Shown: one piece after another, positions 25,957 through 39,265 of the stretch | How positions within the stretch are numbered: position 1 is the first letter of the stretch | Layout: every line of letters begins with the position of its first letter | Assembly (NCBI GenBank): GCA_964016885.1 | Contig: OZ024741.1 | Location: 107,880,001-107,944,000, forward strand | Reading direction: 5' to 3' | Length of the DNA stretch: 64,000 bases | Source of the DNA: Eledone cirrhosa | Taxonomy: Eukaryota | Made by a program: the position numbers and the translations under genes | The notes under the pieces: model-generated | Seen by the model: only the letters and a program-made list of their open reading frames with translations | The model's database searches: none | What the model was told of the DNA's origin: nothing

Positions 25957-28399
25957 GTGTGTGTGTATGTGTGTGTGTGTTAACGGGATCTTCTAAAACA
26001 GTTTCGGAAGACATTCTTTGCTTAAGTGTTTTCATCTCTGCTAGATGGGTTTCCTGTCTTCTAAGTCGAAGTCCTGACGAAGACAATGCCCTGACAAAGG
26101 CAACTCATGCAGGGAGAGGAAAACTCTGATATAAAACATCCACGAGGTAAATATTGTGGATTAGAGGCCAGTGAGTGATAGCATGCCTTAGCTAATGGTA
26201 TATATACCACTTTATCTCATGATTGACAAAATATTTAGTGATTGGTGTCTCAATAAAAATACTGGTCTTTGTGGGACCTCACCTTCAAATTATCGATGTT
26301 ATGAAAAATCCTCACAACGCATATCGGATCCGTTGTCGCCTCGGTCAACAAGGGCAATTCCCTCAATCTGCGGTCGAAAGATTTTCTAATGGAACAAATT
26401 CTTCCATAAACAATGAAGCTTTTAGTTATAAAAACCGGAACAATTCCAAATGTAGATCATCAAATGAATCTTTCATAAAAATATGTTAGAAATGGACTCG
26501 CAAAGATTATACCCAAGTTATGAAAGCGTTCTAATCAACCCTAGAAAATACTCAGTTCTAGAAAATCCTGCCTCTAACATCACAAATCAAACTTACAATA
26601 TCTGCATGGGATATATTGTGAATGATTCAAGGACGTAAATGAATGCAATAATACTCGTTAATGTCAGCAACGGTATCGTGCAAAATAACAGGCTAATTGA
26701 ACCAGAATTGGAGCAAATAAACATAAATGTTAAAAACACCTCAAGATATGGCTCCATTACCAGCGGTAATTTAATTATTGTAGTTCATAATTTTCCACCT
26801 GAAAAAGTGAACCAAAAAGAATGGAAATAAAGAGCAACCGAATGCAGACCAACAATAACCAACTTGAACTACAGGACGCTGGAGTAAACTATATAAAATA
26901 AGAAATACATGGAGACGAACATGAAAATGAATTTGCTCTAGAATATTTCACATAAACAGAGATGAAATCACAGCAGGGTAAATTCATATAATTGAGGCTA
27001 GAATGAACCCCACTCACACAGAAATGTATGACATGCAATGTCTACTAAAAATCAAATTCACAACTCCTTACATTGATACTTATAATGTCACGCTATAAAA
27101 ATACATCAGCGTTGATGATGATCAAGATATAAGTACGCTAAACTCCATTATATAGACAACAGTACTAGCCGTAAAAGAAACATTGAAGCAAACAATACAA
27201 GTGAATCTACAATGTTTAAGGCGGTATTATAAAGAACAACATTAATTAGGAAAAAAGATTGTTGAAAGTGCATATATATTGCTAATAAATTAAATCAATT
27301 TTTATATTATTGATTGCCGCTTTCCTTTCGACGGCTGGTGAATAAAACTAAATAATTGTAAAGCATTTAACCTCTGGTGCTGTAAAGTCCCATGTACTTA
27401 ATGAACTGAATAATGATATTGATTTATTGCAATGGCACAAGGTCACCTATTTTGTGGAAGGGATCGGATGTTGAAGATTGATTAAATCGTATTGCAAGAC
27501 GGTTTATTTTGTTATCGATCTAGATACATCAAAGGGAAAAATCAATCGCTGTGCGGTTCATACAAAAACAATATAGGATCGAAACAGAATATCACATTGT
27601 ATATAATAACAGTTAAAGTACCACACAGTTTTTATGTGATTTCAACAATACTAATATCTAATGTTGTCACACGCCCCTCAATTTAGGAAAAAATGATAAT
27701 TAATTCAGTCAACTCCAGTATTTTCCTTGCGCCTATGTTATCGATCTACGGTGGTAGATTTATAAATTTATAGAAAATCAGATAATGTGTTTGGATATTT
27801 TTTCCGGTTATCTGCGCTCACTTTCAAATCTTACCGAGTTCTGCTTTGATGTTCATCATTTAGGGGTTCATAAAGAATGTACCACCCCAGTGCTCGTGCA
27901 CCCCCTCTCTACTTCTAGCTGTGAAAACATATTTGTTCCACTAGATCAATTTGAAAGAATCAAGATCTCCGAATTTGTTTGCGGCTAAGCAGGTAACCAA
28001 ATATCCATTAGTGGAATCATGGTACAAGGTACCGATTTATCGTCGATTGGGAATTACGGCCGTAATAATAATTTACGCCCTAGGATTTCAGAAGTAGATA
28101 TCTACTTATGTAATAAAACAAAAACAAACTATATGCCACGAGGTATTGATTTCAGCACGCCAACATCCTTTTATGTAAAGTGTTATATCAAAATACCTTT
28201 ATATACTTTGTATTCTCACATTAGGGCATAGTTACAGATTTGTACTGATGCAAGTATAGTCGAGAGAAATTAATTCATATACTGGATATGAATCATGTTA
28301 TCATTTAGTTAGGGAGGAACAATGCTCACTACACTTTTCAGGGCTCCCGAAATATATTCCGATATTAGGAAAGCCTATTTCAATGTTCTAGTTTCGTAC

Positions 28400-28810
28400 A
28401 GAATTCTATATCAAAATTATTCTGTTTTCACTAATGTAGTCCCATCTATCGTTTTCGGCATGTACTATATAAAAATGAGTTGCAATAGCTCCATGTTGTA
28501 AGTGCATGGTTAAGCGACACGAATGTGCCGTGCTTGTGTAACCGATGCAACAATTTTTGTTATGAAATTTGACTCCTCCATGTTCACAAAGAAATGTTTG
28601 TATCACATAGGTCATCTGTAGTTTACCAGTTTGTGGCTTTGTGTTGATGAAGAAGAAGTTTCGTTTTTCATTTTAGTCTATTCTAACTATAGATCAGTGG
28701 GGATTAAGGTCGATGCACGTTGCGTTTTGTTTCGTTTTTTTCTTCTTTTTGATAAGCATGTTAACTATGTATTCGTCCATTCTATAGACAGGGATTGTGT
28801 AGTATACGAA
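28400..28810 (-). pseudogene. degenerate PLE GIY-YIG endonuclease fragment
   Basis: LQMTYVIQTFLCEHGG...CIGYTSTAHSCRLTMHLQHGAIATHF resembles the xVY..F.C...YIG.T...LS.RLT.HL..GAI..H pattern. Confidence 0.55.
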
Positions 28811-29117
28811 ATTTGTGATGTGAGTATTATTTCGGTGTTCAGCTTCAGGTATATGAGTGAGACTATATTTGTTCTTACATTGTCCTATGGCATCGGCTAC
28901 TAATATGTTGAAATATACGTTATTAATACTAATGTTTGTTTACCATGAGAGTTTTCATAATTCAATGATCTGACATATATCACTTGAAAATCAATCAATC
29001 AATCAATCTATTTCTCTCTCTCTATATATATATATATACATACACACATACACACAGAGACACACAACGACACACGCACGGACGCACACACACACACACA
29101 CAAATATATATATATAG

Positions 29118-29345
29118 AAATAATAAATTTGAAGACTAAAATCCATAGAGGGCTCGATAAGGATAAATATATATCAAATATATAAGAACCGTAGAGCAAA
29201 TATTTATTAAAATAACAGATTAAAGTTTAAGCAAAGAATCACTGCTTTCACCCTTAACGGGATCTTCTGAAACTCAGAGTTTCAGAAGATCCCGTTAAGG
29301 GTGAAAGCAGTGATTCTTTGCTTAAACTTTAATCTGTTATTTTAA

Positions 29346-29346
<1 letters not shown>
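29118..29346. mobile_element. family B mini-palindrome (probable PLE terminus): perfect 70-bp arms, 1-nt spacer, tail on left arm
   Basis: 29206-29275 is the exact reverse complement of 29277-29346. The tail also occurs at 31860-31935 and 55965-56060. Confidence 0.8.
29277..29337 (+). ncRNA. variant type I hammerhead (CAGAAGA core, CUU triplet); mirror copy on minus strand 29215-29275
   Basis: gagttt-CAGAAGA-t-ccc-gttaa-ggg-t-GAAA-gcag-tgattct-ttgc-T-T-aaactt; stems I, II and III all pair. Confidence 0.65.
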
Positions 29347-29387
<41 letters not shown>

Positions 29388-29389
<2 letters not shown>

Positions 29390-29525
29390 AAAATGTATGA
29401 CCCCGAAGGCTTGAGCTCTGCCGTCGGGGTCATACTTTTTCCTATTTCCCACTCTACTACCCTAAGTAGTGAGTACTCTGGTGCGTTATGGTCCATCTGG
29501 TTCCTTACCACAATTCCTTCGTATA
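29388..29525. mobile_element. PLE family A mini-palindrome (very short left arm)
   Basis: gtatgaccccga...tcggggtcatac plus tail. Confidence 0.75.
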
Positions 29526-29759
29526 TATATATATATATATATATAGGGTATTTATATTTTTTATTTATGTCTAATGAATCTTCTTTCTTTATAATGTATT
29601 ATATACCTCTGATATAGAGTCAATCTAATTCATTCAGATTTTTTTGTCCCTATTAATCATAGAGCAACAAGGGTTAAGGTTGGCACCACACAAATTCAGG
29701 GATATATGTGTGTATATGCATGTATATGTATATATTCGCATGTATATGTGTATTTCTTT

Positions 29760-29917
29760 ATGGACACACTAGAAGAGGAAGACCAAGGTTAACGTATGTT
29801 GATGCCCTAAGGACAGACAATGGCCTGGTGGAGACGCAGGACATGGCAGCGATAATGAGGGACAGAGACCGCTGGAGAGAACTCGTCCATGGATCTCGGG
29901 AATTTTACCCGCCTTAG
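29760..29917 (+). mobile_element. RTE LINE 3' fragment
   Basis: TRRGRPRLTYVDALRTDNGLVETQDMAAIMRDRDRWRELVHGSREFYPP* followed by (TA)n. Confidence 0.85.
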
Positions 29918-30314
29918 ATATATATATATATATATATCTATATAGAGAGAGAGAGAGAGATAGATGCAAAGTCACAAGTATTAAGCAGTATCGGATTGCC
30001 TCGTCCTAGGTCAACATCGGTGGCATAGATTGGGGAGACGGGTATGGATCGGCGACTGTTGGGCTTCCCCAAAATCACCTTTCCCAGTATTGTGCCGCGG
30101 ATGGGCACTTTCTTGATGGAAAACACATGGTCGCTGAATGGGGTCTTTACCGCTGTAGACACACCTACATGCATGCATATATATGCATAAATACACATAA
30201 GAAAATATACACAGTTATACACACTTATATATATATATAAGTGTGTGTGTCTTATCGCGAAAATTGGAATATAAACGAAGATTAACTGGTTAAGGTGGAT
30301 ATATATATAGAAGC

Positions 30315-30353
<39 letters not shown>

Positions 30354-30493
30354 GCACATATATCCATTTCGATCATTTTACATTTAGTTTCAACTCGAGT
30401 TGTGAGAACAAAGGACCAGAGGGTGGTAGACAGGTTCAAGTTAAACAATCATATATGCTTCGGTTTTTTAGCAGTCCACTTCCACCGCCCATT

Positions 30494-30652
<159 letters not shown>

Positions 30653-30727
30653 TATATATATATGTATATATGTACATGTATGTATATATTCATATATATA
30701 TATGTAATATATATATATATATACATA

Positions 30728-30925
30728 TAACGAAGGAAATGTGGTAAGGAACCAGGTGGACCATAACGCACCATAGTACTCAATACTTAGGGTAGTAGAG
30801 TGGGTAATAGGAACAAGTAAGACCCCGACGGCTGAGCTCAAGCCGTTTCGACGGCTAATTCTGTATTATTTAGTACAGAATTAGCCGTCGAAACGGCTTG
30901 AGCTCAGCCGTCGGGGTCTTACTTG

Positions 30926-30930
<5 letters not shown>
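30728..30930. mobile_element. PLE family A mini-palindrome (tail on left arm)
   Basis: Arms ~30811-30865 and 30874-30928 are reverse complements. Confidence 0.85.
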
Positions 30931-30987
<57 letters not shown>

Positions 30988-31064
30988 CACACACACACAC
31001 ACATATATATACACACACATATATATATACATACACACATACACACAAACACTCTCTGACACAT

Positions 31065-31098
<34 letters not shown>

Positions 31099-31129
31099 GT
31101 ATATATGTGTGTGTGTATGTGTCAGAGAG

Positions 31130-31212
<83 letters not shown>

Positions 31213-31502
31213 TTCCCTCTATCAGCCCACTATTCCTTTGTTCTCACTACAACTGAAGTAAAAACTAAAGTGGTTGAGATGGAGAAATATATTGTAACAG
31301 GGTAGTTGTTTAATGTGTCTCGAGGGTGCAGGAGGGCGCGTGGGGCTAGTCTGCATATTTTACTGTCATTAGCTTCAGAGAATTAATTTTTTTGGCGCAA
31401 TTACTGTGCGTACCTTAGCTACAGTTATATGCTCACCGATATATCACCGAAAACTGACCCCCCCCCCCCCACACACACAAACGCTCTCACGGGTTTTGAT
31501 AC

Positions 31503-31545
<43 letters not shown>

Positions 31546-31769
31546 TAATATACACAATCCCTAAATATACATACGCACACACATATATATATATATGTGT
31601 ATGTGTGTATACTATTTTACTTCTTCCATATATATATATATATATATATTTTTATATTCTTTTTGTAAAAACGATATTTTTCAATATAAAAATTGAAAAA
31701 TTAGGTGGTGAAGTTAAAACAGTTCAAAACAGAGGAAATTATTATAATAAACAGTACAAAAGGCTGTTT

Positions 31770-31861
<92 letters not shown>

Positions 31862-31930
31862 TATATATATTTGATATATATTTATCCTTATCGAGCTCTC
31901 TTTGGATTTTAGTCTTCAAATTTCTTATTA

Positions 31931-31995
<65 letters not shown>

Positions 31996-32334
31996 TAATA
32001 TATATATATGCATATATACATGCTATAAAATATTCCATTAGAAATGGAAAGGACCGATATTTGAATTAAGGTACTCAATACATAAAATCGAGCCAATGCT
32101 TTATCTTATTAAACAGTGACTCTTACAATAATAGTTCTGTTTCTTTCCTGAAAAGAGTCTCAGACGAGTTCAAGAGATATGTGATAAGTTTTATTTCTGT
32201 GCCAGATTAGATATGAAGGTGAGGGTTATGTCAACAGTCGCAAGAGTTCGAGGTGACATTGAATACCTTGGAAAAAAAACCTCTTTTTTCAATCATAAAC
32301 ACACACGCATCTATGTAACAGCCGGCTAACTGGA

Positions 32335-33300
32335 TTGATGGTGATGGTTGTGGTTGTAGTGATTGTGACGGTATTGGTGATGTCGATGATAATGGTGGTT
32401 GTACGTTGTTATAGTGGTGTTGGTGTTGATTTTGGTGGTTGTGGTGAGGCTTGTTGTGATGGTGACGGTGGTGGTGATGTAGATTGTGATGATGGTGGTT
32501 GTAGAAGTGTTGATGGTGGTGGTGGTGGTCGTGGTTGCGCTGATAGTTGTGGCGGCAGTGACGTAGATGGGCATGGTGGTGGATATTTTGATGATGGTGG
32601 TGATGATATAGACGTTGATAATAATTATTGTAGTGATAGTGGTGTTGGTGTTGGTGGTGATGTATACGGTGATAATGGTGAGAATAAAGATGGTGATGGT
32701 GGTGGTTGTAGTAAAATTGGTCGAGTTGGTAGTGGAAGGGAAGATGTCAAGGGTGAGGATATTCACGGTTAATGGTGATGTAGATAGAGTTACTGATGTT
32801 GATTGTGCTGGTGGTGGTGGTGACATTGGCGTTATTATTGATGGTGATGATGGCGGTGGTATACATGTTGGTGGTGATGATGACAAAGGTAGTATTGATG
32901 TTGTTGTTGATGGTGATGGTTGTAGTTATGGCGCTAGTAGTGGATGCAGTGATATTAAAATGACAACAACTATGATTATAATGATAATGGTGGTGGTAAT
33001 ATTCTAATAATGATTAATTGTGGTGGTATCGATGATTTTATAATAGTCAACGTGGGGAATTGTCGTGTTAGTGGTGTTGGCATTGGTGGTAGTGGCGGTA
33101 TTGGTGACGGTGGTGGTATTTGTGGCGTGGGTGGTGGTTGTGATGTTCTTGATGATTATGTGGTGGTGTTTTTTTGTTAGTTGTGTCGGTTGCGTTGTGG
33201 CTGTTACTAACAATGTTGTTTGTGCTGGTGTTGATTGTGTGTAGGGGGGGGGGGGCTGTGGTTGTGGTTGGCGGGTGATGTAGCGTGGTTGTAGCATTGA
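32335..33300. repeat. degenerate (GGT/GAT/GTT)n low-complexity tract
   Basis: Trinucleotide-like composition produces artefactual poly-V/G/D/T ORFs. Confidence 0.9.
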
Positions 33301-34304
33301 TATTAGTTACAAAGTAATAGTGAGAATAAAGGGAGGTGTGAGGGGCTGTGACGGGGTGAGGGAAGGTAATGTGAGGCGACCCTGAACTACACAAACCCTT
33401 GTCTACCTCCTCATAACACACACCAACTAATACTGACCCGGGGCGTTGTTGTTCAATCCCCAGGAGAAGGAAAGTGGGAGATATATCGTAAACAAAGGAA
33501 CGGCTTCTTATACACAAACATCGATGTAACAAAAAGAAAAATCATAAAAAAAAAAAAACGTATGAAAAAAATAGGTTGACTCAGTGTCTGGCTTGTCTAC
33601 TGGTCTGTATGTTAGTCTGCCTGTTTATCAGACTGTCTACTTGAATGAAATGAATGAGAAAGGGGGGGCCCCTATTTCCTTAATTGTCCTGTCAACAGCC
33701 TGACCCTGTTCACGTTTGTTTACATATAATATCCCGGCCACGACATAATAACTGCTTTTGACACGAACCCACCATCATCATACCCCCCACACCACAATAG
33801 ACCCCATACCCATGTCCAGCCAGTACACCCACCCGGCTTCATCCCTCCCCCACACTATGTTTGTTATTTTTACACCGAACTAATTATATTTGCAATATAT
33901 GCATCGATTTATGTATGTATGTATGTATGTGTGTGCGCTTATGCATGTATGTATGTGTGCTTATGTGTGTATGTATGTATGTATGTGCGCTTATGTATGT
34001 TTGCATAATAAATATGAAGCATATAATATGTATTCCTTTATTCTTTTGATTGTTTCAATCATTTGGCTTCGGTCATACTGGGACACCACCTCGAAGAGAT
34101 TTAAGCGATCATATTGACCGCAGTGCTTACTTTTTCAAGTATCTATATATGTTCTCCTCACGCTAACCTATAATGAAAGTTGGGGCATCCTAGATGACAA
34201 TTACAAAAATAAAAAAATAAAAAAAGCAATGGCAATGATTGTTTGATAATTTCAATTGGGTCGAAAGCTCAAACTATTCTCTCCGGTGATAACATGTAGC
34301 TGGA

Positions 34305-34490
34305 ATTATTTGGATTGGCAGTATCGGTAGAGCGTCGGACGCCATGCATTGCAGCATAGAGTTACGGCCCTTTATGATCTGAGTTCAAATCTCGCCGAGG
34401 TTAACTTTGCCTTACGGGGTCGATAAAATAAAGCACCAGTAATACACTGGGATAATTGCTGGCCTTGTGCCAAAAGTAGAAACAATTATT
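34305..34490 (+). mobile_element. tRNA-derived SINE copy
   Basis: Same family as 52989-53180. Confidence 0.8.
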
Positions 34491-35359
34491 TGTATGATGA
34501 CATAATGATGTCAGGCTTGGTCTCTCTACAACTCGGCTCCTTGAAATTCGAGCTCGAACTACATACCTTTACTAGAAATCTATTTCATCTCATTTGGCTC
34601 TGCTTTTTTCGTGGTGCCTGTGTAGTCAACTGAAATCGTATCTCCCTTTACTGTGTTTATTCACTGACCTGATAAACGACCAGACTTAATCTGGCACCCA
34701 GTTTAATACCACAACTAGGCCATTGGGGGACTTTAGTAAACTCCACTATATTGAAGATATTCGGGCCTGATCCCTGGTTCTAGGTTACATTCCTCCTGCT
34801 TACCACCAGAAATTCTGAAAAAGGGAATAAACAACTCTCTATCCATCGTATATAGGTTTGGATCCGTAGTTTCTAATATATTTGAGGGGGGGGGGGAGAA
34901 GTGACATACACCCTGTCAGGGTCATTTTAAACTTAGCGGAACACATCGCCTCTTCAGGAAGAGAGAAAGAGTGGGGAAAAAGTGGGGAGAGAGTGTGATT
35001 GACAGAGGAAAAGTGACACAGATATATAGTGGACGAAACGATCAAATTACTGATATATTATTTATCGAACCAGAAATGATAACAGGGAAGGTGACGTTGG
35101 CATGATCGGAATTTACAACAGAGAGAAGAGAAACAATAATACAAAGGTTTCTTTAATTACGAATTTAGTGTAGTTAGAACGTGATCGGGGCTGCAATTTC
35201 TAGTAGGCCGAACATGTTGAGTTTTTGTATGTCAATTTAGTGCAGTCGAAGTATATTCAAGTATATTATGATTTGCTGTCTTGCGGTTAAGTGTTTACAA
35301 TTTCGATAAAGGTGGATGTCTGTGGATGCATGGATGAACACCTTTCTATGTATGTATGT

Positions 35360-35775
35360 ATGTTCTTCTGGTTTTATAATTTCACAAAGTTTTACCAATA
35401 GAGAGAGAATCGGTTTCTAACATAGACACAAGACTCTCTCTTTGGAATTTACACAACATCAACTAGGTAGATATGTATGTATGCATGCATGTGTAGATAT
35501 GGATGTTATTGTATGTGTGGATGTGTATGTTTTGAGTTGTATGTGTGCATGTGTATATGCTTTGTATCGGTACATGTGTATATGCAGTTATTAGATGCAA
35601 CATTTTTGGAATGTTCTACATATTTTTGTACTTGTAATTTCCTAACTAGTTGTGTTCTTTCTGTTCCTGTGAAGCCTAGCTTCTCAAGATTTGTATTGAG
35701 TCAGTTACTAACATATCCCAGTGCCCCAATAATCACAGGCATAAATCTGAAGGTGTAATCAGGGTGGAGTATGTA
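35360..35775 (-). mobile_element. R4/Dong-type LINE 3' end with UTR
   Basis: Homologous to 48895-49310; encodes PDYTFRFMPVIIGALGYVS. Confidence 0.7.
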
Positions 35776-35899
35776 TGTATGTCTCAACTCGGCTTCTATT
35801 GAAAGAAGAGAAGAAATAGGCAATCAAAAATACAGCTTCTCTTTCTCTCTACCTCTCTGTATATATGTATATATATCAAATTACATTTATAGAAAAAAC

Positions 35900-36335
35900 A
35901 TTTTTGAGCCACTTTTTTAAGTAAAAAGAAACTCAAACACAAAATAGCTCTAAAGTTGATGTGCTTATTCACGTGACGGCATCAACCAACCAAATTTCAC
36001 TCATATATGGAAAAACAATCTGATCCCACCCCCTTCTATTTTAAAGGCAAATATAATAAGAACTTTGTAACGTGAATTGGCGCGAAATTTCTTATACTTA
36101 TTCACGTGACAGTCTTCAACCAAACAAATTACTTTTCTAAAAACCTAGCATTTCGAGCCACTTTTTCCATATAAAACAGAAGTAACATTCGAACACCAAC
36201 CAGATGCGAGAAAAACCACAAACCCTCCATCTTAATTCTACTTTTGAAAAGCACAAGAACTGCGAAACCGGTAAAGGAACCAAATAAATATTCTTAAAAA
36301 AACTCCAGTTGCATTTTCGATTTCATCTTTTTTCA
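35900..36335 (+). repeat. family C repeat (related to the pLTR at 8086-8498)
   Basis: Shares ttggcgcga, ttcacgtgac, gagccacttttt-cataaaaca and tttgaaaagca...gc-aaccggt with 8086-8498 and 54050-54960. Confidence 0.7.
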
Positions 36336-36543
36336 TATATATATATATATATATATATATTCATGTCGGGTCACTCTTGAGTGCTAATGGTAACATGTAA
36401 CCCTTGACAACCTGTTGCATAGTCTGGTCGTCGGCGACTAAACCGGCAACCCCACTAACTTTGTTTGGTGTGGAGGGTGATTTGGGAAACCCTGCAGAAC
36501 AAAAAACAAACCATGTGTATATGTATATATATAGTATAGTATA

Positions 36544-36593
<50 letters not shown>

Positions 36594-36647
36594 AATAAAA
36601 TGTGGAGAAGGAGCACACGAGTTGGAATATATATATATATATGAAAA

Positions 36648-37115
36648 TAGGGAGAAAAAACCGATTATTAGGAAGAAAAATATACTTTTTTCCTTTTTAT
36701 TTTTTTCTCATATCAAACCCCAGACAACCATTTGCCTCCATCATGGATCAACTAAGCAGTCTTGCCATAATAACACATTTTGAACTGCTAATCGTCAAGA
36801 ACTATGCCTGTAAATAACATTATTTTTTCTTTCCCATTACCTTATCATGTTCCACATTACCACCTTTTTTTTTTTTCTTTTCATTTCAAAAACCTTGTTT
36901 GTAAATAACATTATTCTTTCTTCCCCATTTCCATAACATGTTCAACATCTGCAACATTTTACACCAATGCAAATTCTATAAATTAACTAATACCTTAACA
37001 CTTCACACAAAGTAAAATATTTTGTTTTAAACCTTTTCTAACCTAGAAAAAAGAGAAAAAAATAAAAAGGAATAACATTTATTTTTCTTCCTAATAATCG
37101 TCTTTTTCTCCTTAT
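36648..37115. mobile_element. repeat with ~65-bp imperfect terminal inverted arms (second copy 52554-53250)
   Basis: agggagaaaaaaccgattattaggaagaaaaat... pairs with ...atttttcttcctaataatcgtctttttctcctt. Confidence 0.6.
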
Positions 37116-37239
37116 GTTCATATATACGTATATATATATATGAAACATATATATTTATATATGTCTGATGGTAGCTAAGATGCTTCCATAGGCGGTATGC
37201 CGGTTGAGCACACTATGCTATAACATAGCAGAGTATGAT

Positions 37240-37455
37240 ATAATAGAAAACGAAAAATCAGTGATGCATCTGAACTCAATTTATTGTGTGTTACAATAAT
37301 ATCGCCGGCGGACAGCTCGAGACGCGATCATTGTGTGGATCTGTCTGATTCTGGACCTGCAGGTTCGAAGGACACGTCTAATGATTTCGGAGCATATTCT
37401 CTCACACAATAAATTAAGTTCAGATGCATCACTTATTTTTCGTTTTCTATTATTT
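37240..37455. repeat. foldback: ~50-bp inverted arms around a GC-richer spacer
   Basis: 37240-37290 pairs with 37403-37455. Confidence 0.75.
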
Positions 37456-37463
37456 ATATATAA

Positions 37464-37517
<54 letters not shown>

Positions 37518-37938
37518 ATGTGTGTTTATATATATATGCGCGGGGGCAGAAATAATCGGGCTGGATACCCGATCGCACGGCTAAACCACTGGGAGTGAAG
37601 GTCCTCTAGCCTTTGTCAAGGCATTCTTCTAGGAAACTGGGATAAATCCGACAGAAACCTGCGGCTAAGTAGTTACCGATGATGTTGATCTTTTTTTCTT
37701 TTCGGGTTATAGCTACTGTTGCTCAGAGAGTGGGATTGGCTCAGTGCACAGTCTTTCCTCACTTAAAAAAAAAGAAATCTTCACGCACAAGCATTGCACG
37801 ATAGCATTAATTGATAATTATTAATAATGTTATATCATGCAATGGCCATACTCGATAACGAGGTGCAGCCATCATGTATGTATGTATATATGTGTGTATA
37901 TATCTGTCTGAGAGTGTGGGTTGGGTGAGAGGGAGAGA

Positions 37939-37976
<38 letters not shown>

Positions 37977-38264
37977 ATGAGAGTGAATGATTGCGTGCTT
38001 GTATGAACTAATCCAGCAATCAAAACAAACTTTATTGACCAGCATATGAACTTATGACTTTATGTATTCATTTGACAGCATGTATTCATTCTCTACTAGC
38101 ATTTCAAGGGGCCTGTCGAGCCCCAGATTACAGAGTCGGGTAAGATTGATACAGATCGAACCTTGAGCTGATCAGTGGCGAATCGCGCGTCACCAACCAA
38201 TAAATGTAATGAAGGAGTAACCAATCGTCCTTGTTGTCTTTTCACAATATTTATATATATATAT

Positions 38265-38447
38265 CAGAATGGAAGCGGTAAAAACGAGTTAGACAATTAC
38301 TCGCCAGAGTACTCGATACTTAGGGTAGTAGAGTGAGTAATATGAAAAATTCAGAACCACGACGGTTGAGAACCTGCCGTTCCAACAGTTTGGATCTAGC
38401 CGTTGAAAAGGCAGGAGCTCAACCGCCCGTGTCCCGGAATTTTCATA
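38265..38447. mobile_element. diverged PLE family A mini-palindrome
   Basis: Tail motif gagtactcgatacttagggtagtagagtgagtaat plus imperfect inverted arms. Confidence 0.65.
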
Positions 38448-38639
38448 TATATATATATATAATTTTATAATAATAAAAATACAACAACTAACTATAATCG
38501 TAACAATTTTAACTATGGTAACAATTTTAACAACTATAATAGAAAACCTTATATTAATTCCGAAAGCGGAAAAAGAAATAGATCTAGGAACATATTATGG
38601 TTCGCTCCTCCTTTCTCATTACATATTAAAACCCCTATT

Positions 38640-39265
38640 GCTAAACTATTTTTTAAAGCTCTTGACAAATGCTTCCCTAGAATACATAGATATTACTAAA
38701 TTGTTAATAGACATACTATAAAATTAACTTGTTCTTCCACCAAAAATTTAGCGCAAAATATTAATAGAATTAATAATAGAAATTTAAAACCTAACCAAAA
38801 TACCACTAATAACCCAAGCAATATCCAATTTGATAAATGTAACTGTAGAAATAAATCTAACTGCCCGTTAAATAACAATTGCTTAGCTAAAAATATAGTG
38901 TATAATTGTAATGTAAAAACTAATAATAAATTCATTTAATTATGTGGGATCCACTTCCACAGAGTTTAAATCCCGCTTCAATAACCATAAAAATTCTTTT
39001 ACAGATCCAAAAAAAATCTTCAACTTCTCTATCTAGCCTATTATGGGACCTCAAACTAAAGAACGTTGAGTATTCGTTGATTCGGAATATTATTTCAAAC
39101 GCTACTCCTTTTAACTCCTCTTCAGAAAATTGTGATCTTTGTATAGAGGAAATATTCTTTATATTAAAGACCAAAAATTCCCTGAACTTAAGGAATAATT
39201 TATTCAGTTGCTGTAGACATAGATTAAATTCAACGTTTAAATATAAATATAAATTTAAAATGTAA
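38640..39265 (+). pseudogene. PLE GIY-YIG endonuclease (CxC...CPL type), frameshifted
   Basis: DKCNCRNKSNCPLNNNCLAKNIVY, YVGSTSTEFKSRFNNHK, STSLSSLLWDLK, CDLCIEE, LNLRNNLFSCCRHR. Confidence 0.88.

Noticed and set aside
26130-27240. Possible 5' region of an R4/Dong element
   Set aside because: Only vague similarity with many stops; no diagnostic motif I can support.
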